A DNA stretch of 64,000 nt from Planctomycetaceae bacterium. Lineage in GTDB: Bacteria; Planctomycetota; Planctomycetia; Pirellulales; Pirellulaceae. The stretch is taken from the NCBI GenBank assembly GCA_002726515.1, contig PBTE01000181.1, positions 11,174 to 75,173 on the forward strand, read 5' to 3'. The notes under the pieces were generated by a model. The model was given only the letters and a program-made list of their open reading frames with translations. It was not told the DNA's origin and did not search any database. Position numbers and translations under genes: made by a program. The stretch's first letter is position 1, and each line of letters opens with the position of its first letter. Of this stretch, positions 47,771 through 58,065 are shown one piece after another.

Positions 47771-48808
47771 TTAAATTCCTCTCATCGACTGCGCCTGGAC
47801 GGCAAACTCACGAGCTAAATCGACAGTTGCTGCCGATTTGTTCTCTGACGTGGTAACCCGCCCCGTTAAATGCCTGATCGAAATCCAGCGGCTGTTTCCA
47901 TCCTCCAGATTTCCTGGTCCAAGCTGGTCAATGCGGCCCAGCAACAAGTGGAAGGCACTGGTCGGCCGAGCAATCATTCCGTTGATGATAAAACGCTCCA
48001 CGCCCCCGGCGGGACTGAACAGAATCGTCATGTCCGGCACGGTTAAAACGCCAGTTCGACCTTCCCCACAATTCACCATGTCGATGGCTACTGTTGGCGG
48101 TAGCTGCAATGGACTCACCAGGGACTGCAGTGGTCGACCGTAGCGAAATACCTGGAAAGGTACGAGAGTCGAGACGACTTGAGATCCTGCTTTGAAATAT
48201 CGCGTGTGATAGGTGGTTTTTTCGTACAACGTGATTTGTATCTTATCGGTATCTGTGTCATCGGGAGGAACTCTGATCCAGGACGCAATTTGATAGCGTG
48301 GTCCCTTACCATCAAAGCGGATGAAATCGTTGCCATCGACGTTATGGTAGATCGGATTTGTCGGATGATTGGAGACTCCGTGCAGTGTTACCACAATCGC
48401 ATTCCCCGGTGGCTCAGGCAAAGCAATTTCTGCGACAGCCAAATGATGATCTCCCGTGTAAGGCTCCGGAACCTCGGCCATCCACAATTCCAGGGCCGCC
48501 AGCAGAAGCACGTTTCCATTGTCATCGCGTAAGGGACGAACCGAGACCGCCACGGGGCGTTGCAGTTCGATGGCCCGGGACTGGGCCGCGGTCAGGTAGG
48601 TACTCACCTGCCGGGCCGCCTCGCGGATGTCTCGTCCTTCGCGCAGCGGGCTGACAAAAGCCGCCGCAAGGCCCATCAACATCAGCAGGATGGTGACCAC
48701 CACCAGAAGTTCAACCAGCGTAAAGGCCGCTCGACAAAACGCCGCGCGCGGCAAGGTCCCGCTGACGCTGCGCGTTTGTCGAGTGTTGTAAAACAGCCTG
48801 ATTGCCAT
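47771..48808 (-). CDS. minor pseudopilin (345 aa), prepilin-type N-terminus
   Basis: '...CRAA|FTLVELLVVVTILLMLMGLAAA'. Ala replaces Gly at the cleavage position. Confidence 0.7.
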   Translation of the reverse strand: MAIRLFYNTRQTRSVSGTLPRAAFCRAAFTLVELLVVVTILLMLMGLAAAFVSPLREGRDIREAARQVSTYLTAAQSRAIELQRPVAVSVRPLRDDNGNVLLLAALELWMAEVPEPYTGDHHLAVAEIALPEPPGNAIVVTLHGVSNHPTNPIYHNVDGNDFIRFDGKGPRYQIASWIRVPPDDTDTDKIQITLYEKTTYHTRYFKAGSQVVSTLVPFQVFRYGRPLQSLVSPLQLPPTVAIDMVNCGEGRTGVLTVPDMTILFSPAGGVERFIINGMIARPTSAFHLLLGRIDQLGPGNLEDGNSRWISIRHLTGRVTTSENKSAATVDLAREFAVQAQSMRGI

Positions 48809-48838
48809 GATGGATTACCAGTAAAACGACGGCTGCTA

Positions 48839-49828
48839 TCAGCCGCCTATCAAGTGATTGTGAATGTTGTCCGCATTGTCGAGCTTGCCGTCATCGTCGA
48901 AATCGATTGGTTCGCCAATCTGAACACCATCCTCCGTTTTATAGTACGGGTCATTCCGGGGTAATGTTTTCGAATAATTAAACATTCCAGCGACATCTGA
49001 GAGGCCGATCCTCGTATCGTAGATGCGATCCGGACCGGCCGAGTAGATGTATGGATACAGAACAAAGGTTCCCTGTTGTTCCGCATAAACGTTGTGCGGA
49101 TCAAAAGGATCGGGTTTGCTGCGGTCACGAGTTTGTTTGGGCGAAACCAGGCCGGGTGCCCACCGCAAAAACTCGATGGGCATTCCCCACGCATCGAGAA
49201 TCTCCGGCATGCCGTCATCGTCCACGTCTCCCACTTCATCGTCCGACAAAATGGTAAAACCGCGCGGTCCCGGCCGCGCGTTAAGCGTGATGATCATGTA
49301 GAGGCACTCTGCACCCTGATACTTCTCAGTCCACCCGGAAATACCATCTTCTGCCGGTCCTTCTCTTTCCACTGAGTCGGAAAAATCGTAGTAGGCCTGA
49401 GCAACCGCCGAGCGGACCGAGGAGTCCGCAGGAGGATCTTCAACATCTGCCTTGCGGTCCGGGAGTTCGGTCCGCAGCAGTTCCCGCAGAACATCGAGTC
49501 GCCGTTGGTTCCGCAGATTCCGTAGATTTTTGGCATCCGCTGTAAACGCTTCGATGTTTGGGTATTGAGCAGGATCGATCACCGAATCGACGTCAAAAAA
49601 GATGCGCCGCGAAAAATAACTGTTCCACAATCCGGCAATGACTCGATCCAGTTTCACGATCCGCGACCGGGTCTTTTCACGATAGGCCACTTCCATGGCG
49701 CCGGTCATCGTGAACAGCACGAGTCCGGAAAGAATGGACACGATCAGGATCGAGACCAGCAGTTCGACCAGGGTAAACGCGTTACGCCTGGCGGTGAAAA
49801 CCGACCTTCGCGCGTGTTGAGTGGACAT
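48839..49828 (-). CDS. minor pseudopilin (329 aa), prepilin-type N-terminus
   Basis: 'MSTQHARRSVFTARRNA|FTLVELLVSILIVSILSGLVLF'. Confidence 0.7.
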   Translation of the reverse strand: MSTQHARRSVFTARRNAFTLVELLVSILIVSILSGLVLFTMTGAMEVAYREKTRSRIVKLDRVIAGLWNSYFSRRIFFDVDSVIDPAQYPNIEAFTADAKNLRNLRNQRRLDVLRELLRTELPDRKADVEDPPADSSVRSAVAQAYYDFSDSVEREGPAEDGISGWTEKYQGAECLYMIITLNARPGPRGFTILSDDEVGDVDDDGMPEILDAWGMPIEFLRWAPGLVSPKQTRDRSKPDPFDPHNVYAEQQGTFVLYPYIYSAGPDRIYDTRIGLSDVAGMFNYSKTLPRNDPYYKTEDGVQIGEPIDFDDDGKLDNADNIHNHLIGG

Positions 49829-50045
49829 CTGCCATCATCTCCGCTGCATCCCCTGAATGCATAGTTTTTATCTTTAACGCTGGCCTGCGTTGTTCTGCCG
49901 AATTCAGTTCTGCTCTGTGGACGGCGGTCTGTCGTCTGCAGCCTGCCGAAAATGGAGCTGTCCGACTCAAGACCGACCACCTGAAATTTCGCTGTTTAAA
50001 AATACTTCCTGCAACAAGCCCTTCGCTTGCCACCTGAGACCTTTC

Positions 50046-50921
50046 TTACGGAATGGAGTTGCTTAACGTGTTGGTGCTGAAGCTGGTGATGTTGTCCGCA
50101 TCATATTCGTCGTAGTTAAAACCTTCCGGATACCACTTTCCGTCGCCATTTAGGTTTCCGAAGTGGCCATCCCTGCCGGCCGAAATCAACTGGAATGAAT
50201 CGGGATTGACATACTTTTGCCGGGGCTTGGTGTAGGTTTCGGACCACATGTAGGGCATCGCCGTACCCCCATTTCCCGCAGCGAAAGTCTTTGGATTATT
50301 TTCTGACAGCTCGTAGCTCCTGACAGCTCCCTGATCACTTCGACTGTCAAAGTAGACAATCGGTGACTGGGGCATCTTTGAGGGAGCCAGAATTTCGCCC
50401 GGTGTGTCGAGGTCCAGATCGTCATCTGGATCGTCTGCCATACCGTCGCCGTCACTGTCAACCGCAACAATCATCGCGACATTGAATTCGATAAATGGTT
50501 TTCGTTCGCTGTCTGGAATTCCATCGCCGTTGATATCGCCGCCAGTAATCGGATATTCGGGATTGGCAAAGAATCCACGGAGCCAGAACAACAGCGCCTG
50601 ACGGGGATCGAGAGGAAGCACTTCGCTAACCTGCCGCAACTCCTGCCTTCTGGGAAAGATCCGATTCAGGTGATCGATTACGTGCTGATGGTTGGTGAAA
50701 TCTGGTGGGTATTCGCCGTATTCGACCTTGTAAGCATCCAAGGCTTGCGCAACCAACTTGACCTCGACGATGGCCGTACCGTCTTCTGCTTTTTGCATCG
50801 CGACAAAGATCGCGGGAACGGCCAGCCCGGCCAGAATCCCAATAATCACGACCACGACCAGGACTTCCACGAGCGTGAATCCGGTTTGTTTTGCACCTGC
50901 CTGCTGGTTCATCCCCGTCAC
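50046..50921 (-). CDS. GspG-like major pseudopilin / type IV pilin (291 aa)
   Basis: 'MTGMNQQAGAKQTG|FTLVEVLVVVVIIGILAGLAVPAI' is the canonical GspG/PilA N-terminus. The C-terminal 'QLISAGRDGHFGNLNGDG' resembles the GspG 'SLGKDG..G' Ca-binding loop. Confidence 0.8.
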   Translation of the reverse strand: MTGMNQQAGAKQTGFTLVEVLVVVVIIGILAGLAVPAIFVAMQKAEDGTAIVEVKLVAQALDAYKVEYGEYPPDFTNHQHVIDHLNRIFPRRQELRQVSEVLPLDPRQALLFWLRGFFANPEYPITGGDINGDGIPDSERKPFIEFNVAMIVAVDSDGDGMADDPDDDLDLDTPGEILAPSKMPQSPIVYFDSRSDQGAVRSYELSENNPKTFAAGNGGTAMPYMWSETYTKPRQKYVNPDSFQLISAGRDGHFGNLNGDGKWYPEGFNYDEYDADNITSFSTNTLSNSIP

Positions 50922-51041
50922 TCCTTTTCCTGCCCGTGTGTGCCCCGTTCCGCTTTGTTTTCTCTGGTTCCTGTTTTGTCTCGTACTTCCGCCGGCCAGC
51001 TTGTGGTCTTTGTTATCGTTCGGGTCACCTGCCGGCTCGCT

Positions 51042-52439
51042 TTAGGACAGCTCGGTGATCAGTTGTACCAGGGGCATAAATAATGCGATCACAATGAAGC
51101 CCACCGCGAAGCCCAAAAACACAATCAACAAGGGTTCTAAAATGGCCACCAGGCCATCGGTCATGACGCGCACCGTCTCCTCGTTCTCATCGGCCACCTT
51201 GTAAAGCATCGTGTCCAACTCGCCCGTCTCTTCGCCGACGTCCACCATGTTCACCACGATGTCGTCGACAATTCGGCCATTCATCCGCACCAGGTAAGCC
51301 AGCACCCCGACCAGGGCCAGACCACCCACCAGGGAAGCCAGCATTTGGGTCAGTTCGGGTACGAACATGAACGGCACCGGCCCCATGGCAAACAGGCAGA
51401 CCCAGAAAAACATCGCCACCGGGTGAAACCCCGGCTTGGAAAACTGTTTCATGGGGTTGGAAATCGTATCACCGTCACGAATCGCATCACCGATCTTGCT
51501 GAACATCCGCTCAAAAACGGCGTTACCACACGTCTCCCGCGTGATCGCCAAACCCTCCAGGATCGGCACGCCGCTCGACACCAGGGTGCCCAACGTCCGC
51601 GTCGAACGAGCAAGGATATTCTTTTCCAGAAGGGGTCCGATGACAAACAGCTTGATCATGAACATGTCCCACCCCATCCGGCCGTCGCGAAACTTGCGGA
51701 TGATCTTCACAAAAATTACCATGAAAATCGGAAAGCCCGGGATGAGCCACCAGAAGTCGACCACCGTGTGGGAAACCTTCGTCAACAGCACCGTGATCGG
51801 CGGTAGTTCACTGCCAAAGTCCAGAAAAATCTTTTCGAACTGGGGCACAATCTTGATCATGATAAAGGCCAAAATGCTGACCGCCACCAACACGACCACG
51901 CAAGGATAGATCATGGCTCCCTTCACCTTGCGCTTCAGTGACTCGGCCCGCTCCATAAACTCCGACAAGCGGCGCAAAATCACTTCCAGGGCACCACCCG
52001 CCTCACCCGCCCTGATCATGTTGATGTAGAGTCGATTAAAGACTCTGGGTGACTTGGACAGGGCCTCCGAAAGCGTTGAACCTGCTTCAATGTCTTCGCA
52101 CGTATCCAGCACCGCATTCTGTAGCTTGCCGGGTCTCATTTGACCTTCCAGGATGCGCAGACTGCGGAGGATCGGCAGTCCAGCATCTTGCAAGATCGAG
52201 AGCTGGCGAGTGAAGGCCGTGAGCGCCTTCGAGGACACGCCACCGATGGCGAGCGACTTCTTGCGTTTCCCGCGGCCACCCTCATCCGTCTGCTTGCGTA
52301 TCTTCTTGACAGCAATCTTGGTGACAAAATAACCCTGCTGCCGAATGATCGCCTGGGCTTCATCTTCGTTGTCAGCCTCGATCTCGTCTTTAATCTCTTG
52401 GCCCGTCTTATCCATGGCCATGAATTGATAGGTTGGCAT
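51042..52439 (-). CDS. type II secretion system protein F / type IV pilus platform protein PilC
   Basis: 465 aa. Two T2SSF repeats ('LSILQDAGLPILRSLRIL', 'LGTLVSSGVPILEGLAIT', '...GEETGELDTML') and three TM segments. Confidence 0.9.
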   Translation of the reverse strand: MPTYQFMAMDKTGQEIKDEIEADNEDEAQAIIRQQGYFVTKIAVKKIRKQTDEGGRGKRKKSLAIGGVSSKALTAFTRQLSILQDAGLPILRSLRILEGQMRPGKLQNAVLDTCEDIEAGSTLSEALSKSPRVFNRLYINMIRAGEAGGALEVILRRLSEFMERAESLKRKVKGAMIYPCVVVLVAVSILAFIMIKIVPQFEKIFLDFGSELPPITVLLTKVSHTVVDFWWLIPGFPIFMVIFVKIIRKFRDGRMGWDMFMIKLFVIGPLLEKNILARSTRTLGTLVSSGVPILEGLAITRETCGNAVFERMFSKIGDAIRDGDTISNPMKQFSKPGFHPVAMFFWVCLFAMGPVPFMFVPELTQMLASLVGGLALVGVLAYLVRMNGRIVDDIVVNMVDVGEETGELDTMLYKVADENEETVRVMTDGLVAILEPLLIVFLGFAVGFIVIALFMPLVQLITELS

Positions 52440-52574
52440 CGATCTGTCCCGGCTTAAAGTGCTTTGTGGGAAGTGGTCATTTACATTCCACAGGTTGTGA
52501 GCCGTGTGGCCGTCTGTTTTGCAGGTCTGCGACGCGCAATGATTCTCCGTTCAGTCCTCTGGTCTGCTGGCTCG

Positions 52575-54302
52575 CTATTCTTCGACAATGGTCTCACGAA
52601 TGACTTCCTCGGCCGAGGTCAGGCCCTGGTGCATCATCTTCTCGCCACCCTGTCGAAGCGCCAGCATGCCGTGTCGTCTGGCAGCGACGCGCAATTCATC
52701 GGCGGTGCACTTGTTGAGCACCATCTCGCGCATCTCGTCATTCATTATCATCAACTCAAAAATGCCAATGCGACCCTTGTAGCCCGTGTTGTTACAAACG
52801 TCGCAGCCGCGACCTCGAAAGAATTTTTCTCCGTTCAGGTTGTCTCGACTTTTGTAGTCAAGCTGTGCCAATACTTCGTCGCTGGGATCGATTTCTTCTT
52901 TGCATTGGCTGCAAATACGCCGCACCAGGCGTTGGGCCAGGATTCCTTCGACGGTGGCACAGATCATGAATTCGGGTACTCCCATGTCTCGCAACCGTGT
53001 GATGGTGCTGGGAGCGTCGTTGGTGTGCAGCGTGCTGAAGACGATATGGCCTGTCAACGCGGCCTGAATGGCAATCTCGGCGGTCTCATAGTCGCGAATC
53101 TCGCCAACCAGAATCACGTCCGGATCCTGTCGCAGGATGGATCGCAGGCAAGCCGCAAAAGTCACTCCGATATCCGGGTCAATGGGAATCTGCACAATCC
53201 CGTCGATGTCATACTCGACGGGATCTTCGGTGGTGATCAATTTGTCGGCAATCTCGTTCATCTCCGTCAACGCGGAGTACAACGTGGTGGTCTTGCCCGA
53301 ACCGGTCGGACCCGTCACCAGGATGATGCCGTTGGGCTTTTTCATGAGCTCGCGAAAATCGCGCATCACCACTTCGTCCATCCCGACATTGTTCAAGTCG
53401 AGTTCCACCACGGACCGGTCGAGGATTCGCAGGACACAACTCTCTCCGAACATGGTCGGCATCACACTGACACGCAAATCAACGGGGTGCCCGCCCACGG
53501 TCAGTTCAATCCGACCATCCTGGGGCAAGCGTCGCTCGGCGATGTCCAGGTTAGCCATGACCTTGATACGAGTCGTAATGGCAAAGGAAAGATGTCGAGG
53601 TGGCGGCACCATTTCGTACAAGACTCCATCCGCCTTGATACGGATCCGGAACTCATCCTCAAATGGCTCGAAGTGAACGTCACTGGCTTGGTCCTTGATT
53701 GCCATCAGCAGGACCATGTTCAACAGCTTGCGCACAGGAGCACTGTCGGCCAACGCTTCGACATGGGTCAGATCGATGGCCCCCTCTTCATTCAAGGCTT
53801 CCGCGGCCGCCTGCAAATCCGTGTCTTCGCCCATGTCGCTGACGATCTTTTCAATGCTCTCCGATTCGCCACCGTAGAATTTCTCCAACGTATCGACGAT
53901 ATCAGCTTCGGTCGCGACGACCACGCGAATGTCATACCCCAGAAACGTCCGCAGTTCATCCTGAACCGAAAGATTCTGCGGATCGCACATGGCCACCGTG
54001 AGCGTGTTGCTGTCCTTGTCAAAATGCACGGGTATGATGCGGTACAACTGGGCCATCGGCTCGGTGACGTGTTCCAGAACCTCCTTGGCAATCTGGGTTT
54101 CACGCAGATTAATGACCTGCATCCCCATCTGTTCGGCCAGCCCCTGAGCCAGCTGTTCCTCCGTGATCAGCCCCATCCCTTCGGCCATCTTGCCAAGCAG
54201 CTCACCGGGAGAACGCCGTTGCTCCTCGAGCAGCAGCCCGAGTTGCTCCTCCTGGATATAACCCAGGTCGACCAGAATTTGTCCTATTCGTCGAATGGCC
54301 AT
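52575..54302 (-). CDS. GspE/PilB-type secretion/pilus-extension ATPase (575 aa) with N-terminal GspE_N domains
   Basis: Walker A 'LVTGPTGSGKTTTLYS'. Asp/His boxes 'DPDVILVGEIRD' and 'GHIVFSTLHTNDA'. C-terminal tetracysteine 'CSQCK...CDVCNNTGYKGR'. Confidence 0.9.
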   Translation of the reverse strand: MAIRRIGQILVDLGYIQEEQLGLLLEEQRRSPGELLGKMAEGMGLITEEQLAQGLAEQMGMQVINLRETQIAKEVLEHVTEPMAQLYRIIPVHFDKDSNTLTVAMCDPQNLSVQDELRTFLGYDIRVVVATEADIVDTLEKFYGGESESIEKIVSDMGEDTDLQAAAEALNEEGAIDLTHVEALADSAPVRKLLNMVLLMAIKDQASDVHFEPFEDEFRIRIKADGVLYEMVPPPRHLSFAITTRIKVMANLDIAERRLPQDGRIELTVGGHPVDLRVSVMPTMFGESCVLRILDRSVVELDLNNVGMDEVVMRDFRELMKKPNGIILVTGPTGSGKTTTLYSALTEMNEIADKLITTEDPVEYDIDGIVQIPIDPDIGVTFAACLRSILRQDPDVILVGEIRDYETAEIAIQAALTGHIVFSTLHTNDAPSTITRLRDMGVPEFMICATVEGILAQRLVRRICSQCKEEIDPSDEVLAQLDYKSRDNLNGEKFFRGRGCDVCNNTGYKGRIGIFELMIMNDEMREMVLNKCTADELRVAARRHGMLALRQGGEKMMHQGLTSAEEVIRETIVEE

Positions 54303-54441
54303 GGTGAGAGTGGTGGTCCGTTGGGGTTGGTTCTGTTGCCCTCTACCGAACTCGGAAGGGGGACCCGGTTTTTATAATGGCGTGCCAACACACGAGCGGC
54401 GTTGGAACATGGAAAACTTCTCGCTTCCTTCTGGCCGCGCG

Positions 54442-55563
54442 CTACGTCGGCTGCAACTCGGCTTCCTCCTCCTCCTGACCCTCGTCGCTAATACCCTGTC
54501 TGGCCCGGGCAACCCGCTTGGCCAGTTCTTCCTGAGAGTTGGCTTTCGCCAGGGCATCTTCGATCGTGATTATCTCGCGCCGCCAGAGATCGAAGATGGC
54601 ATCGTCCAGAAGTTGCATGCCGAGCTTGGCACCCGTTTGAATGGCTGAATTGATGCGGAACGTTTTGTTTTCACGAATCAAGTTGGCAATTCCGGATGTC
54701 ACCACCAACAGTTCATGCGCCGCAACTCGACCTCCATCGATTCTGGGAATCAAGCATTGCGACAAGACACCAATGATGGAAGTGGAAAGTTGGGTGCGAA
54801 TCTGCTCCTGCTGGTTCGTGGGAAATACGTCGATGATACGGTTCACCGTTCCCTGGGCTCCCGTTGTATGCAAAGTACCAAACACGAGGTGACCCGTCTC
54901 GGCCGCTTGAATCGCTGCTTCAATGGTCTCCAGATCACGCATTTCACCAACCAGAATCACGTCCGGGTCCTGTCGCAAAGATCGGCGAATCGCCTCGGCG
55001 AAACTCGGCACATCGACCCCTACCTCCCGTTGATTGACGGTCGACTTCTGGTGCTGATGGTAGAACTCGATCGGATCCTCAATCGTGATGATATGATGAT
55101 CGACTTCCTCGTTGATATAGTTAACCATGCTGGCCAAGGTGGTAGTCTTTCCCGAACCGGTCGGACCGGTCACCAAAAACAGACCGCGCGGTTTCATGCA
55201 CAAGTTGATAGCAGCGGGCGGCAACCCCAGCACCTCGAAGGAGAGGAACTCGTTGGGGATCTGCCGCAACACCATGCCGACATTCCCCTTTTGTCGGAAG
55301 ATCGACACGCGAAAGCGGGCCGCGTCGCCAAAAGCAAACCCGAAGTCGCTTCCGCCCTGCTCCTGCAACTCTCGTTGACAACGCTCGGGTGCAATTGCCT
55401 TCATCAGTTCGACGGTGTCCTCCGGCTCCAGCACCTTCGTCTCCAGCCGCCGCATGCGACCGTGCAAGCGGAACACCGGTGGCTGGCCCACCGCAATGTG
55501 GATGTCACTGGCCTCCTGCTTGACGCAAGCCTGCAGGAGTTTGTCGATCAGAATGGTTGGCAT
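54442..55563 (-). CDS. pilT: twitching-motility (retraction) ATPase PilT
   Basis: 373 aa with no N-terminal extension. 'DIHIAVGQPPVFRLHG', Walker A 'LVTGPTGSGKTTTLAS', 'DPDVILVGEMRD', 'GHLVFGTLHTTGA', and the PilT-type 'AHELLVVTSGIANLIRE'. Confidence 0.9.
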   Translation of the reverse strand: MPTILIDKLLQACVKQEASDIHIAVGQPPVFRLHGRMRRLETKVLEPEDTVELMKAIAPERCQRELQEQGGSDFGFAFGDAARFRVSIFRQKGNVGMVLRQIPNEFLSFEVLGLPPAAINLCMKPRGLFLVTGPTGSGKTTTLASMVNYINEEVDHHIITIEDPIEFYHQHQKSTVNQREVGVDVPSFAEAIRRSLRQDPDVILVGEMRDLETIEAAIQAAETGHLVFGTLHTTGAQGTVNRIIDVFPTNQQEQIRTQLSTSIIGVLSQCLIPRIDGGRVAAHELLVVTSGIANLIRENKTFRINSAIQTGAKLGMQLLDDAIFDLWRREIITIEDALAKANSQEELAKRVARARQGISDEGQEEEEAELQPT

Positions 55564-56019
55564 GGTGAATGGGTGTCTGTGGTCTGTCTGTTTTTCGCCC
55601 TCAACCGAGAGGGCTCCAGGTTATCGGATCACGTTCTCACAAAAGCCGCGGCCAGCAGCAGCACACCTCCCGCCACTTCCAAAGGAACTAAGATCCCCAT
55701 GATTTGTCCGTGAACGCCTCGCTGCCCAAAACGTTGTTTCTGTTACTACCCAGATCTGTCCGGGGCTGTTCCTAGATACCAAAGTTGTTCGTCACACAAT
55801 CCTTGGCTGACCCGTGGCAAGGTGATTATTCCCCGTGGCCAGTCCGAACTCAAGCCAGCGGTTCATTTTGAGCTGCCGGGGCTGACTCAGTTTGGCCGCC
55901 CATGAACCTCTTTATGTAGGGCCGGGCCGGGTGGCCAGGGAATTATACGCCGCAAGTGATGTGGCCCCTTCCCGGTTTTTCAGGTCCAACCCGCAGATTT
56001 TATCTATTTTACCAAGGGT

Positions 56020-57768
56020 CTAGCTCGTTGGAGCTGCCATTTGCTGCAGGATTCCAAAGTCATCCTCCGAAGGTTTGGCGACCCGATAGACTTCTTCCAG
56101 GGTCGTGACCCCGTTTAAAACCTTGTCGATTCCATCAGCGTAAAGTGTTATCATTCCTTGTCTTATAGCCTCTTTTCGGATCGCAACGGCCGACTCCCCG
56201 GCAAAGATCAGTTCGCGAATTCTGCTGCTGACCGGCATCATTTCAAAAATCCCTAAACGGCCGTGAAAGCCTCCTCTTTGACATCTTCCGCAACCCTTGC
56301 CTCGCGCAAATTCTCCCGTTTTTGCCAATTCTGGGGTGATGCCGGCTGCCTCCAGTGCCGCCTCGTTGGGTTGATAGGATTCCTTGCAATGGGAACAAAT
56401 TACCCGTATCAGGCGTTGGGCAATCAGCCCAATGACGCTGCTGGCAACAAGATAGGCGGGTACCCCCAAATCGACCATACGTGTCACAGCACTGGGCGCA
56501 TCGTTCGTATGAAGCGTACTGAAAACCAAGTGTCCAGTTAAAGCCGCCTGGATTCCCATCGATGCCGTCTCTAAATCCCGCATTTCACCGACCAGAATCA
56601 CGTTGGGAGCTTGTCGTAACATGGACCGAATCACGCGGGCAAAATCGAGTCCGATCTGGTGGCGGATCTCCACCTGGTTGATGCCGGGCAAGTAGTACTC
56701 CACGGGGTCTTCAGCCGTGATGATCTTCCGGTCCGGTCGATTCATCTCGTTCAGGACAGCATAGAGCGTCGTGGTCTTGCCTGACCCGGTCGGGCCGGTC
56801 ACCAGGATAATCCCGTTGGGTCGCCTCAGCAGGTCCCCGAACCGGTCGTGGTTGGTCTGTGACAGGCCCAGTTGCTGAACTCCGATCCTGATATTGTCCT
56901 TGTCGAGCAGGCGCATGACCACGGACTGGCCGTGATTGGTCGGTATCACACTCACCCGCAAGTCGAGTTCCTTTCCGGCCGTGTCGACTTTGATCCGGCC
57001 ATCCTGGGGCCGACGACGCTCCGCAATGTCGATTCTGGCAAGGATTTTCACACGGGAAATAAGGGGTCCCAACATCCGCCGGGGCGGGCTATCCCGTTCA
57101 ATCAGGCGACCATCAATACGATAGCGAATGCGAACCCGTTCTTCGAACGGTTCGATGTGAATGTCTGAGGCGCGTAGCTGAACGGCTTCGGTAATCATCA
57201 GTTGAACCAGGCGTACGATGGGAGCACTGTTCTCATCGACAACCTCGTCTTCTGAAATTTCTGCATCCTCCGTCTCGGTAAAATCGATGGCTGTGTCGGT
57301 AAACTCTTGCAGCATCGAGTCCGCACTTTCCTCTGCAATTTGACCGTAATAACGGTTGATCGCTTCGTGAATACTTTCTCGTGGAGAAAGTGCCATTTCG
57401 ATTTTCTTGTTGAGGATAAAACGCAACTTGTCCATCGTTTCCAGGTCATACGGATCGCAAACGATGACGGTCAACGTCTCATCTTCTTCCTTGTAAGGCA
57501 GCACGCTGTTTTCACGAGCCACCGATTCCGGGATCAATTCGACCACCGAGGGCGGAATCACGGTGTCTTCCAGCACGAGGTACTCCAACCCGTGCTCCTG
57601 GGCAACCGCCCGCATGACTTCATCGCCCGTGGCATACCCCAAGTGAATCAGTTCGTCCGGCAAAGAACTCCCATTCTGAGCCGCCACCGCCTGGGCATCA
57701 GCCAGTTGGTCTGTGCTGATCACTCCGCGTTGGATCAGGATTTCAGTGAATTTGACGCTTTTTGCCAT
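56020..57768 (-). CDS. second GspE/PilB-type ATPase paralog (582 aa)
   Basis: N-terminal GspE_N ('FTEILIQRGVISTDQLADAQA'). Walker A 'LVTGPTGSGKTTTLYA', 'APNVILVGEMRD', 'GHLVFSTLHTNDA'. Zn-binding 'CSHCK...CGRCQRGGFHGR'. Confidence 0.9.
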   Translation of the reverse strand: MAKSVKFTEILIQRGVISTDQLADAQAVAAQNGSSLPDELIHLGYATGDEVMRAVAQEHGLEYLVLEDTVIPPSVVELIPESVARENSVLPYKEEDETLTVIVCDPYDLETMDKLRFILNKKIEMALSPRESIHEAINRYYGQIAEESADSMLQEFTDTAIDFTETEDAEISEDEVVDENSAPIVRLVQLMITEAVQLRASDIHIEPFEERVRIRYRIDGRLIERDSPPRRMLGPLISRVKILARIDIAERRRPQDGRIKVDTAGKELDLRVSVIPTNHGQSVVMRLLDKDNIRIGVQQLGLSQTNHDRFGDLLRRPNGIILVTGPTGSGKTTTLYAVLNEMNRPDRKIITAEDPVEYYLPGINQVEIRHQIGLDFARVIRSMLRQAPNVILVGEMRDLETASMGIQAALTGHLVFSTLHTNDAPSAVTRMVDLGVPAYLVASSVIGLIAQRLIRVICSHCKESYQPNEAALEAAGITPELAKTGEFARGKGCGRCQRGGFHGRLGIFEMMPVSSRIRELIFAGESAVAIRKEAIRQGMITLYADGIDKVLNGVTTLEEVYRVAKPSEDDFGILQQMAAPTS

Positions 57769-58065
57769 GGCATTCGCCGTTTGTCAAAACCTTAAAAAGA
57801 CATATTTCGATGGGGTGTACGTCACTCGGGGACCCCGGGTCACTGTCCGCCTCAACGCTGGTTTTCGCAAGTCCTGGATTCTGCCAGAGAAAGCCGACCA
57901 GGGGAACTTGGATACGTGTCTGAATTTGTCGTTCCTGCAGCCAACTCGGGGAAAACCTGCTATCTTTATCATGATTTCGCGTCGCGACCGCGTCAACGGG
58001 ATTTGGAGCCGTTTCAGAGCCCGAAACACAGAAGACCGTAGATAGAGTTACGAGAGACCGAACCG

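Noticed and set aside
52464-54377. 637-aa plus-strand ORF
   Set aside because: It is entirely antisense to the GspE/PilB ATPase gene, whose Walker A, Asp box, His box and tetracysteine motifs are unambiguous. The plus-frame translation is Gly/Val/His-rich with no motif. A long antisense ORF is expected in GC-rich coding DNA.
54715-55713. 332-aa plus-strand ORF
   Set aside because: Antisense to pilT; no recognisable features.
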